A stretch of DNA of 61,176 bases, the filler included, from an uncultured bacterium (GTDB lineage: Bacteria > CAYJOG01): NCBI GenBank assembly GCA_964371695.1. It is 6 parts of 6 records of this genome, joined end to end, with 100 filler letters (N's around TTAATTAATTAA, not from the genome) between each part and the next. Parts side by side here need not be neighbours in the genome. Positions count along the whole stretch, not along the records: positions 1 to 10,520 come from CAYJOG010000059.1; positions 10,621 to 20,860 come from CAYJOG010000060.1; 4 more parts are not named here. The stretch is one strand, 5' to 3'. Under the pieces are notes generated by a model. It did not search any database, was not told where the DNA came from, and worked only from the letters and a program-made list of their open reading frames with translations. This document shows positions 8,378 to 18,000 of this stretch, piece after piece. Within the stretch, counting starts at the first letter, position 1; every line of letters begins with the position of its first letter. The position numbers and the translations under genes were made by a program.

Positions 8378-9964
8378 CTATTCCCACGCCACCAGAAAAA
8401 GTCCCTTGGGTGTGCGCTCCAGCACCACGCGGCGAATGGTGAGACGAATCAGCCCCCCCTCTTTGGGCAAAATCGCAAACTTCCCTGCCAGGTGTGCCGA
8501 CGCCCGCAGCGTGCGAGTTTTCATCACTGGCAGGCCCTCACGGTCCACCATATAAAGGCTCAGCGTGTCGGTTTTGACAGGGGCCTTGATTTGCAGCGGC
8601 GAGGGGGGAGACGCTTCAAAAATGGGCATTTTTTCGGCCTTTTGCAGCAGCAGCAGGTCTTTGAGCGCCGCGCCGGTGGCCCCCTGGCGCACCAACAGAT
8701 TTTTCATTTCGTTGCGCACAAAGGGCGCATTTTTGAATTCGTTTTTGAGGCGGATAAGCGACTTGCCGTCGCTGAGCAGCGACTGAAGACAAACCCCGTT
8801 TTTGTTGTGCAGGCAGGTGGTGAGTTTTTTAAGAAAGGCATTCACCTCGGCGGTGAGCAGTTCCTTGCCTTTTTCTTTGGACAGGGGAATCTCGCGCAGG
8901 CCCGGATTGTTTTTGGCCAGCAGCCCGGCGATTTCCCGCGTAGTGATTTTGTCAGACGGGCACTGGCTCTGTCCCACATGATGCACCGTGCGGGCGCCAT
9001 AAAAAAGCCGCGTGGAAGGGTCCAGAAAAAGATTTTTTTGCAGATAGTCCGCAGCGGCCTGAGCCTCTTGCAGTGCAGTGCCGCCTTTGAGCAACAAGGT
9101 GGTGATGGTGAGGCGGCACAGGTCGCTGGAAGGATGGTCGTAATAGGCCACGCGCACCGCCATCACCCGGCTGAAATCCGTTTCTGGAAAAAGGCGCTGA
9201 CCCAACCGCTGCGCCGCCAGCCCCACCTGCACAAACGGATTGCCCATGCCCGTGGGCGGACGACTGAGAGTGATGCCTCCCGGCAGATTGTGGCGCGGCA
9301 GGCTGCCCATGGCTTTTTCCATGGGAATCAGTGGCGACGCGGTGGTGGCCACCCCTTGCAGACGCGCCCTGAGGATTTCATACACGCCGTCCAGATAGGT
9401 TTTGGGGATTTCGTGCTGTGGTGTGCCGGGCATTTTTTCCCGGAACACAAAAAAGCCCTGGGGCCCCTGACGATAAACACGGGCATAGGCCGCCCCGCCC
9501 GATTTTTTCACCACCCGCAACACCTTGGGCCACTCCTTGCCATAGGCCACCACGTCGGCGGGTGTTTTGTCCTTGTAGTTCAGCAGGACATAACCAAACA
9601 GGCCCCGTTTTTCCTGATGGCTGTAAAAGGTCACCACGGCGTTGGCCAGCGTGGCGGGTTTCACGCCGGGGTAAAGGTTTTTGCTGTTGGCGTCCTGACT
9701 GAGGGGGTCGAGATAGATATAAGGATTGGGCAGGCTGGTTTTCCGGTCACAGTCCAGGTCTTTGAGTTTCAGGTTATTGCGTTTTTGCTGAAGGCATTTG
9801 GTTTTGTCCACCTTGGCCCCCAGCACAGCCAGATTCACGCCGGGCGGCAGATCCTGGGGGCCAAGAATCATGGCCTCCAGGTTCATGGGTTTGGCCATGA
9901 GCCGGGCGGGGAACAGCGCCAGCACCACACCCAGGCAAAAAAGCGCACGGCCCGTTTTTTTCAT
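8378..9964 (-). CDS. hypothetical exported protein
   Basis: 528-aa ORF with signal peptide MKKTGRALFCLGVVLALFPARLMA. Confidence 0.7.
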   Translation of the reverse strand: MKKTGRALFCLGVVLALFPARLMAKPMNLEAMILGPQDLPPGVNLAVLGAKVDKTKCLQQKRNNLKLKDLDCDRKTSLPNPYIYLDPLSQDANSKNLYPGVKPATLANAVVTFYSHQEKRGLFGYVLLNYKDKTPADVVAYGKEWPKVLRVVKKSGGAAYARVYRQGPQGFFVFREKMPGTPQHEIPKTYLDGVYEILRARLQGVATTASPLIPMEKAMGSLPRHNLPGGITLSRPPTGMGNPFVQVGLAAQRLGQRLFPETDFSRVMAVRVAYYDHPSSDLCRLTITTLLLKGGTALQEAQAAADYLQKNLFLDPSTRLFYGARTVHHVGQSQCPSDKITTREIAGLLAKNNPGLREIPLSKEKGKELLTAEVNAFLKKLTTCLHNKNGVCLQSLLSDGKSLIRLKNEFKNAPFVRNEMKNLLVRQGATGAALKDLLLLQKAEKMPIFEASPPSPLQIKAPVKTDTLSLYMVDREGLPVMKTRTLRASAHLAGKFAILPKEGGLIRLTIRRVVLERTPKGLFLVAWE

Positions 9965-10006
9965 GGCTGAATTGTAGGCGTTAGATTTTCAGATGTTGGA
10001 TACCTT

Positions 10007-10519
10007 TTAACCCTCAAGGGTTTCGGCAGCCCAGCGCAGCAGGCTTTCGGTGGTTTCCCAACCCACGCAGGCGTCGGTGACCGATACGCCGTATGTGAGT
10101 TTGGAAAGATCGCTGGTGAGTTTTTGCGCGCCTTCAAAAAGATGGCTTTCGAGCATCATGCCAATGAGGTCGCTGTTGCCCGCCTTGCGTTGCTCGATGA
10201 TGCTGCGCCAGGCGACTTCCTGTTTTTCGTGTTTTTTGCCAGAGTTGGCGTGGCTGCAATCCACCATCAGGGCCGGATTCATGCCCGCGCCCCGCACCAT
10301 GTCAGCGGCCTGTTTCACACTGCCGGGGTCGAAGTTGGACATCTCCCGCCCCCCCCGCAAAATAATGTGGCCATAGGCGTTGCCCCGCGTGTTCACCACA
10401 CAGGTGCGACCATCCGGATCCATGCCCAGAAAACTGTGGGGGTGGCGGGCGGCCTCCATGGCATCCACCGCGATTTGCAGGTTGCCTTCGGTGTTGTTTT
10501 TGAAGCCCACGGGCATGGA
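10007..10519 (-). CDS. class I DAHP synthase (AroF/G/H type), 5'-partial
   Basis: PVGFKN, HIILRGG, MVDCSHANS, GMMLESHL, YGVSVTDACVGW; truncated by the contig end. Confidence 0.93.
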   Translation of the reverse strand, partial: SMPVGFKNNTEGNLQIAVDAMEAARHPHSFLGMDPDGRTCVVNTRGNAYGHIILRGGREMSNFDPGSVKQAADMVRGAGMNPALMVDCSHANSGKKHEKQEVAWRSIIEQRKAGNSDLIGMMLESHLFEGAQKLTSDLSKLTYGVSVTDACVGWETTESLLRWAAETLEG

Positions 10520-10520
10520 C

Positions 10521-10620
10521 NNNNNNNNNNNNNNNNNNNNNNNNNNNNNNNNNNNNNNNNNNNNTTAATTAATTAANNNNNNNNNNNNNNNNNNNNNNNN
10601 NNNNNNNNNNNNNNNNNNNN
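10521..10620. other. artificial contig linker
   Basis: N44-TTAATTAATTAA-N44 (stops in all six frames). Confidence 0.98.
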
Positions 10621-10773
10621 GGCGTGCCCTGCCCAAAAAACGATCAAGCCCGCCAGCAACAACCTCTGGCGCAGCACAGAACAAGCGCGGCGTGTGGACC
10701 CCATACCCAGGCGGAAATTGTAGGGGGCAGAAAAGGAAAATAACGGGGGCCTGGCCATGGGGTGGCCGGTGGC

Positions 10774-10801
10774 TTGACTCTGGGGTTTCCTCTGGCACAC
10801 T
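10774..10801 (+). promoter_or_regulatory. putative tRNA promoter
   Basis: TTGACT, 16-nt spacer, TG-n-CACACT, about 10 nt before the tRNA. Confidence 0.4.
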
Positions 10802-10810
10802 TGGGCCTGC

Positions 10811-10884
<74 letters not shown>

Positions 10885-11239
10885 CCCCGGATTCTTGGCT
10901 TAAGGCTGGTTGCAGCCCAAACAAGTGTTCTGGACTTTCTCGCCGTTTGAGGTTGCGCCTGCCCAATGCCTACATTTGGTTCGCCGGTTTCATCCGTGAA
11001 ACCTTGCGAACAACACCGCACGGTAAAGACCAGCCCAAAAATATCTAAAGCCCAACCTTCCATTTGATTCTCAGTAATATTTCCCACCATCCCCAGCCGT
11101 TCTTTACCGGCGGCGGAAACGGCCATCCCTGGCCTCTGGCGATGGATGCTGCCAAAGGTTCCGGTTATCCATAAAACGCAACCCCTGCCCGGCTGCCGAG
11201 GCCAGGAAGGCCGAGGCACGAAGGGCGAGGCACGAAGGG

Positions 11240-11260
11240 CGAGTCCTCCCAGCCCCACCC
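11240..11260 (+). repeat. 21-bp duplication of the tRNA-Ile 3' end (att-like site)
   Basis: CGAGTCCTCCCAGCCCCACCC, identical to 10867-10887. Confidence 0.85.
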
Positions 11261-11272
11261 GCAGCCGTGGCG

Positions 11273-12004
11273 CTATTGGGTTTCCCTGACCGGTGGGGGC
11301 AGTTTCTCCAGCCATTCCACAATTTCATTGGCCAGCAGGCGGAATGGCGTGGCTTCGGCAGAGGCCTCGGTGGACATGTAAGGACTGGCATCCAGATTTT
11401 GGGCAACCTGCCCACAGGGGCGATCTTTACAATACCCCTGAAAAAGCATTTCAGGGCTGGGCCTGTTGTATTGGCCAGTCATGGGGTCTCCCTGGAGGCT
11501 GATGGTTTCATCCCATTTCTTTTTCTTGAGGATTCCGCCGGTTTTTACGTCAATCAGCAACAGATCGATGCCCATCTGAATCACGCCGCCATCTTTTGTG
11601 TTCATGAGTGCCCTGTGAATTTCCCAGCCCAGAACAATATCCGCCCCATGGTTTTGGCCGCTTTTCTGCACGGCCTTGATGAAAACATCTGGCTTTTTGT
11701 AGGAGAACTTTTCGGATGGGAATTCTTTGCGGAAAGCCTGAGGATCCAGAGAAAGCGCATCGGCTTTGCCGGTCATGAAAACAACGTATCCCAGCGAGGC
11801 CAAGGCCATGTTGGAAAAAAATTCGGCGGTGCCGAAAAATTTGTCCTTTTCCTGAAAGGCGGTGATTTTGGGGCGTGTGATCACCAGCCTGTGCGCCGGA
11901 CTGCCGGGAAGGCTGGCCACGGGCACCGCATCGGCGCGGCTGCACAGTCCCAACAACAACGCCGCCAGAAGAAAATGTTTTTGAAAACGACGCAAAGGTT
12001 TCAT
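11273..12004 (-). CDS. hypothetical exported protein (possible CsgG/TolB_N-like fold)
   Basis: Signal peptide; GADIVLGWEI...DLLLIDVKTG pattern; 4-bp overlap with the upstream gene. Confidence 0.65.
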   Translation of the reverse strand: MKPLRRFQKHFLLAALLLGLCSRADAVPVASLPGSPAHRLVITRPKITAFQEKDKFFGTAEFFSNMALASLGYVVFMTGKADALSLDPQAFRKEFPSEKFSYKKPDVFIKAVQKSGQNHGADIVLGWEIHRALMNTKDGGVIQMGIDLLLIDVKTGGILKKKKWDETISLQGDPMTGQYNRPSPEMLFQGYCKDRPCGQVAQNLDASPYMSTEASAEATPFRLLANEIVEWLEKLPPPVRETQ

Positions 12005-13569
12005 TTCAAAAGCCCTCCGAAGTCCAGTGTCAGCCTGTCCGCCGCCTGATGTATCAACATGGCCTGATTCATCAGCGCCAGACGCAGGGGATCAACGGCT
12101 GTTTTAAGAAGATCCCTTTTCTTGTCTACCGTGATGTTGTAGAGGTTATAACGATCACCCAGCAGTTTGACGTTTTTGGCCACGGGGGTGGGGTCCACCG
12201 AGTAATCCAGCGGATGGCTCATTTCGTGGTGCAGGGGATAGGTGGAATCCCACACCACCTGACCAGAGGCCACCTCCATCACCATGAAATGCACCGAAAA
12301 ATCAAGGTAATACTTCCGCACCAAATCCTGGGTACCCGCCAATAGGCCCAGTCCGCCCAGTTTGTCTTTCACCTTGCTCACGTTACTGAACAACAACACA
12401 TCCCCCACCACGACAAAATCGGCGCTCAGTTCCTGGCCCACCTTTCTGGCCATGGCGAGGTCATAACGTTTTTCCACCGGTGCTTTTTGTCCCGGATTCT
12501 TGAACATTTTCGCCATGCGCCTGCCCGCCACCTTTTGCGTGACGGCGGGGTTGAGCACCTGCCAGGGCCAGTTGCGGGCGGCGATGATCTGCATCTGATA
12601 AGACAGACTGGCCTGTTGCGCCCGCACCTCGTCAGAGTCTTTGGGCGCAAGGCTGTGACCCAGCCCCAGCATGGCCACGCGGAGTTCTTCTTCACTTTTT
12701 TTGCCCAGTTTTTTGAGCAGGCCCGACGGCAATCCGGGCGCGGCGGGCCTGCCTGAGTCGGCCAAAGTGTCGGGGGGCGCGCCGGGAGGCCCCAGCCGGG
12801 TTTTGCCCACCGTCATGACCTGCATGACATGGCCCACTGCCAAATCAATCTTTTTCCCTTTCATCGCGCCACCCGCCAGAAAACCCGTGAGGTAGGCCCC
12901 GGCGGCTGCTTTGAGATACTGGTTTTTGGCCGACTGCGTGAAGTTGTGGGTGATGGGAATGGTGGCGCCGTTGATGGCTTTCACTGGCTCAAAACTCAGC
13001 TCCAGTCGGCCTGAGCGGCCATAACCCTTGGCGGGCTGCACCGCCGAAACCGTGGCGGCAACAGCCGCGCCCTCTTTGATCACCACCGTCCCGCCCAGGC
13101 GCACGGCGTGTTTCAGCACAAAGGGCACCTTGTCGCCCTGGCGGCTGATCTGGCTGCCGATGCGCTGCCGCAGTTCCACCGCCAGAAAAACGCCTTCGGG
13201 CATCGCGGTGGGGAAAAACGATTTCGCCCCCGCGCCCTCCGGGGCCTCATAGGCCGCCCACCATTCTTTTTCGGGCGAGAGTTCGGTGTTGTCGTGAAGA
13301 TAGGGAATGGCGCTGGCGGATTTGGGCTGTGTGGCGAGAACCGTCACGATGCCCACGGGTTTCTGTTTTTTGTTCAGCAGGTGCAGCACCATGCCCGGCT
13401 TAAGACCGTGATCCGCCCCCTTGCCCAGCAGCAGGCTGCCGTCTTTGTTGAAGCCCTCCACACTGGCCTTGAAAGGCCTGGCCATGGCCGGGCTGGTGCT
13501 GAGTCCAAAAAACGCCACCAGCAACACAGCCTTGAACAAACAAATCGTGCGAATATAAACAGGATGCAT
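12001..13569 (-). CDS. multidomain exported protein (FlgT-C-like, TrbI-like and CsgG-like segments by eye)
   Basis: Signal peptide; GADHGLKPG, GRSGRLELSF and ARKVGQELSADFVVVG motifs. Confidence 0.65.
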   Translation of the reverse strand: MHPVYIRTICLFKAVLLVAFFGLSTSPAMARPFKASVEGFNKDGSLLLGKGADHGLKPGMVLHLLNKKQKPVGIVTVLATQPKSASAIPYLHDNTELSPEKEWWAAYEAPEGAGAKSFFPTAMPEGVFLAVELRQRIGSQISRQGDKVPFVLKHAVRLGGTVVIKEGAAVAATVSAVQPAKGYGRSGRLELSFEPVKAINGATIPITHNFTQSAKNQYLKAAAGAYLTGFLAGGAMKGKKIDLAVGHVMQVMTVGKTRLGPPGAPPDTLADSGRPAAPGLPSGLLKKLGKKSEEELRVAMLGLGHSLAPKDSDEVRAQQASLSYQMQIIAARNWPWQVLNPAVTQKVAGRRMAKMFKNPGQKAPVEKRYDLAMARKVGQELSADFVVVGDVLLFSNVSKVKDKLGGLGLLAGTQDLVRKYYLDFSVHFMVMEVASGQVVWDSTYPLHHEMSHPLDYSVDPTPVAKNVKLLGDRYNLYNITVDKKRDLLKTAVDPLRLALMNQAMLIHQAADRLTLDFGGLLK

Positions 13570-13748
13570 TTGAGAAGACTATGCCTGCCGACGCAGTGTT
13601 TCAACCGGGCGAAAGAAAGATTTTGGGCGCAGGAAACTGGTGGTTCATTCGACTCAAAATGAGTCGCAGCGATGTCCCCATCGCTGCTGTCATAGTGCGG
13701 TGGGGACACCGCACCTACTCCTCATTTTTAAACGGCTGAACCACTGAC

Positions 13749-14396
13749 TCACCACACCACCTGATGGCGAAACCCCGCGAGTTTTTTGGGGCCGATACCC
13801 TCGACATCCAGCAATTGTTCGGCACTGCTGAAGCGCCCGTGGGCGCGGCGATAAGCCACGATGGCCTGGGCCAGTTTGGGGCCGATGCCATCCAGCTTTT
13901 CCAGTTGGGCCGCCGTGGCGGTGTTCAGGTTCACCGGGCCGGTGAGAACTTTTGGCCCGGCGGAGGCACGGGTGTTTTCAGGCGGGGCGGCCTGCCCTGT
14001 TGAGGCGTCTGATGCCGAAGAGGTTTGCGTTGGGGCTTCTCCCCGGAAGGGCACACGAAACTTCTGGCCATCGGCCAGCCAGGACGCAAGGTTCAGATCT
14101 GCCGTGAGCGCCACGGGCAAAACTCCCTCCGCCGCCGCGATGGCTTCATAAAGCCGCACCGGATGGCTGAAGGTGTAGACCCCCGGCGACTTCACCGCGC
14201 CGGTCAGGTTCACCGCCGTAACCGGCGGCGGGTGAAGCGTGCCTTCTTCATCGGTCACGGGCAGGTGATCGGGCAGGGCCACCGGCGTGAGGGAGACCAC
14301 CGGCGGCCCGGCGGGGCGGCGCAGCAGCGCCCCCATCAGCCCCAGGCCACCCACCAGCGCCACGGCCATCAGCACACCGGCCTTTTCACCATCCAT
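13749..14396 (-). CDS. comEA: ComEA-family DNA-binding protein
   Basis: N-terminal TM, SLBB domain (VNLTGAVKSPGVY), VNLNTAT and two helix-hairpin-helix motifs (LDGIGPK, VEGIGPK). Confidence 0.92.
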   Translation of the reverse strand: MDGEKAGVLMAVALVGGLGLMGALLRRPAGPPVVSLTPVALPDHLPVTDEEGTLHPPPVTAVNLTGAVKSPGVYTFSHPVRLYEAIAAAEGVLPVALTADLNLASWLADGQKFRVPFRGEAPTQTSSASDASTGQAAPPENTRASAGPKVLTGPVNLNTATAAQLEKLDGIGPKLAQAIVAYRRAHGRFSSAEQLLDVEGIGPKKLAGFRHQVVW

Positions 14397-14451
14397 GGGC
14401 GTATTATCGCTGGTGGGGCACTTTTGTGAGGCAACGGCCGTTTATGTTTAA

Positions 14452-14645
14452 CCCCTCACCCGGCCTGCGGCCACCCTCTCCCCATAAAGGGGCGAGGGAA
14501 TGATGTTTCCATTTTCTTGAAGCCGCCCTGGAAAGGAATTAAGAACCTGCCGCTTTTTCTAATGCTCCATCTGTTTTAAAAAAAGTGGTAGCGCAGGCTT
14601 CCAGCCTGCGTTTTTTGGAGCTAAGGCAAGATGCCTGAGCCACCG
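14452..14645. repeat. REP cluster (family A copy plus an inverted family C pair, GCAGGC..GCCTGC)
   Basis: Family A 14452-14498; tggtagcgcaggcttccagcctgcg and ggcaagatgcctgagccacc; family C also near 51557, 53853 and 60970-61052. Confidence 0.7.
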
Positions 14646-14665
14646 AATTTAAGCCAGATGAACCA

Positions 14666-15061
14666 CTAGGGCAACAAGCCGGGCACGTTAAGCCTGGGGG
14701 GTTTGCGGCGGGTGAAGACGGTTTTTTTGGCGAGGGTCTGGCCCGCCTGCACGTTCACTTTTTTGAATTCCTCGGCGTTGCCCCACTGGTAACCCGCACG
14801 GGCGATGACGATTTCGTGTTCACCGGCGTTGAGCGACAGCGTGGTGGTTCCCGCGGGCTGGGGTACGCCGTCTACATACACCTTCGCGCCGCTGGGCAGT
14901 CCCTCCAGCACCAACTGAGCGGTGCGGGCGGTGGTTTGAGAGCCTGCGCCGTTCTGGGGCGCGGCGGCCTGACCGCCCCCCCCGCCGCCACCGCCACAAC
15001 CCGTGGCGGCCAGTGAGGCCATCAGAGAAAGAGAAAGCAGAAATGCGCGTGTGTGTGTCAT
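14666..15061 (-). CDS. PEGA-domain lipoprotein
   Basis: Lipobox-like ATGC, Gly-rich linker, PSGAKVYVDG...GEHEIVIARAGY. Confidence 0.8.
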   Translation of the reverse strand: MTHTRAFLLSLSLMASLAATGCGGGGGGGGQAAAPQNGAGSQTTARTAQLVLEGLPSGAKVYVDGVPQPAGTTTLSLNAGEHEIVIARAGYQWGNAEEFKKVNVQAGQTLAKKTVFTRRKPPRLNVPGLLP

Positions 15062-15078
15062 GTCAGAGGGCCTCCTGT

Positions 15079-18000
15079 TTATTGCGTCAGCACCAAGGTG
15101 CCTGGGCCGTTGCTGTAAACGATGAAAGACTCGCCGGGCTGGAACAGCCGCGTGGCGGCGTCGGGGATTTCCACCGCGTCACCATCTGGCCCCAGCAGCC
15201 AGGGGGTGTCGTCCACCCATTCCTGGGCCTGATTGAGCGGCACCACCGCACCACCGGGGGTTTTGAAACCGATGTTGCGGGCGTTGAAACCGATGGGGGC
15301 GCTGAGCATGTTCGAGACCAGATTCCAGCCCTCGGCCAGGGGCACTTCCACCGAGGCCGCCGCGCTCACGCGGGTGGGCACCGAGGCGCCGCTGCCACCC
15401 ACCAGCAACACCGGCGTGGGACCGGTGAGATCGCGGGTGAGGTCAACTTCCTGATAATCCCCGTTTTTATCCATGCGGTAACCCCGCAGGCCAGCCGCCT
15501 GCTGGGCGGTGAGGTTGCCCGCCAGAAACACCGCCGTAACCGGTGCGCTGAGTGTGCGCGTCACCGCCACCCCCGCGCCTTCGGCCCCCAGGCAGTTGGC
15601 GGACACGGTGAACGTGGTGACGCCCGCAGGCACGGTGAGCGCGCCGTTTTGCGCCAGATTCTCACCCGCGCCGCCGCTCACGGGAACCAGATTGACCACG
15701 CAACCCGTCGGTGTGCGGCTGTTCCAGGTGAGGGTGGCGGGGGCGGGCGATTCGGCCCGCAGTGTCCACACCCCTGCACCAGCGGATTTTTCCACCGGCA
15801 GCACGGCATAATTCTTGCCGCCGTTTTGAAGCGTCAGGCTCACCTTGCCGCCGGGGCTGGCGGGCGGCTCGCTCACGGCCAGACGGGCCGCGGGCAGCGT
15901 CCCCTGGGTGAAGCCCAGGGTGTCGCCGTCGTCGAACTGGCCGCCGGATTCAAGGCGGAAACGTACTTTCAGCGCAAAGGCCACGTCGGTGTCCAATGCG
16001 GCGGCGGCGGTGCGCGGCGTGGTGTGTTCCCACACCAGCGTCACCGGCTGGGTGGCGTTGATGAAATAGCCTTTGCGGCGCTCCAGGTCACTGCCGGGAT
16101 CTTTGCTGAGGTAGCCCCCCAAGCCATAACCAAAAAGGCGGCTTTCCACCAAGCCAGCGCTCACTGCGTCGGCAAAACTGAGTGTGGTTCCATTCGCGTC
16201 TTTCACCTTCAGGCTGTTCAGGGCGAGGTCCGCATCGCGGGGAGACCCCACCACGTTCCAGCCGGTTTTGAGGATTTTTTCGATGGGGCCAGTGGTGGCG
16301 GGCAACGCGCCGGACACCGCCAGGGTGAGATCATCATCAAAAGCGTAGACAAAAAAGCCTTCGCCCAGGGCCAGACCCGTGGGGGTGTAATAGTTTCCGA
16401 AATCATCCGCTGTTTTTTCGGGGTCGTAGCCGAAGAGGTTGTAGCGCCCATCACCCAGAGCCGTGACATCGGCGGTGGAGCCATCGATGGGCCACGTCAC
16501 CAGATTCCAGAAGTTCTTGGTGAAGGTGAGGCCGAAGCTGTCCTGACCCGTGGGGTTGTCGGTGCCCCCCGTGCCCCCGCCGCCGCCGGTGGCGCTCACC
16601 GAGATGCCGTCGGTGCTGGCCACGCCGCTCTCTAGCCCCGCGCCGTTGATGGCTTTGACGTTGATAAAATAGGTGACGCCTTCCGCCAAAGGCAGGCCCG
16701 CTTCGGTGAAAAACGTGCCCACGCCGGCGCTTGTCCAGGTTTTCACGTCGTCGGCCCCGGCGGTGGTGCCGATGGAAAACTCATAGCGGTTGATGCCGCT
16801 CTCGGCGTCGGTGGAGGGTTCCCAGAAAGCGCTGAGGCTGTCGGTGGAAAGCGTGGTGTCTCCTTCGTCCTGCAGCAGGGTGATGTCCGAGGGGGGCGTA
16901 GTGTCATTGGCAGCGGCGAGGTTCACGGTGATGCCGTCGGTGCTTTCCACCGGGCCTTCCAGCCCCGCACCGTTGATGGCCTTGATGTTGATGAAATATT
17001 CCGTGCCGTCGGTGAGCGTCAGCAGGTCGTCGCTGAGTGACGTGGTGGGCCCGGCGGTGGTCCAGTCCTTCACGTCCGTGTCGCCCGCCGTGGCGCCGAT
17101 GGAATAGAGGTAAACCGTAATGCCGCTGTCGTCGTCAAAGGCGGCGTCCCACGTGGCGGTGAGGGTGGTGGTGCTGGTGTTGATGAGCCCGCCATCCTGC
17201 AAGTTGGTGACCGCACTGGGGGACGTGGTGTCGCTGGCTCCGGCGGCGTTCACGGTGATACCGTCGGTGCTCACCACGCCGCTTTCCAGGTTCGCCCCGT
17301 TGATGGCCTTGACGTTGATGAAATAGTCCGTGGCGTCGGTGAGGGAAAGCTGGTCGTCTGTTAAAAACAGGGCGGTGCCCGCGCTGGTCCAGGTGCGCAC
17401 GTCGTCCAGGCCCGCAGCGGTGCCGATGGAATACTGGTATTCCCTGATACCGCTTTCGTCATCGGTGGCGGCGTCCCACTGCGCGCCCAGGGAGGTGGTG
17501 CTCACGGTGGTTGCGCCTGCGTCCACCAAGCCGGTCACGTCGGTGGGGGGCGTGGTGTCGCTGGCGGCAGCGGTGTTCACCGCGATGCCGTCGGTGCTTT
17601 CCACGGGGCTTTCCAGCCCTGCGCCGTTGATGGCGATGATGTTGATGAAATAAGTGGAACCGTCAGTCAGCGTGAGGGTGGTGTCCGTGAAGGTGGTCGC
17701 GCCGCCAGTGCTGGTCCAGTCTTTCACGTCTGTGCCGCCTGCGGTTGTGCCGACAGAATAACTGTAATCCGCCACGCCGCTTTCGGCGTCAAGGGCTGGA
17801 TCCCACGTGGCAGTGAGGGTGTCCAGGCTGGCGGTGAACTGTCCGCCGTCCTGCAGGTTGAACACACCGGTGGACGACGTGGTGTCGCTGGCCCCGGCGG
17901 TGTTCACGGTGATGCCGTCGGTGCTGGCCACGGGGGTTTCCAGTCCCGCAGCGTTCACACCTTTCACGTTGATGAAATAAGTAGTGGCGTCTGTGAGCGT

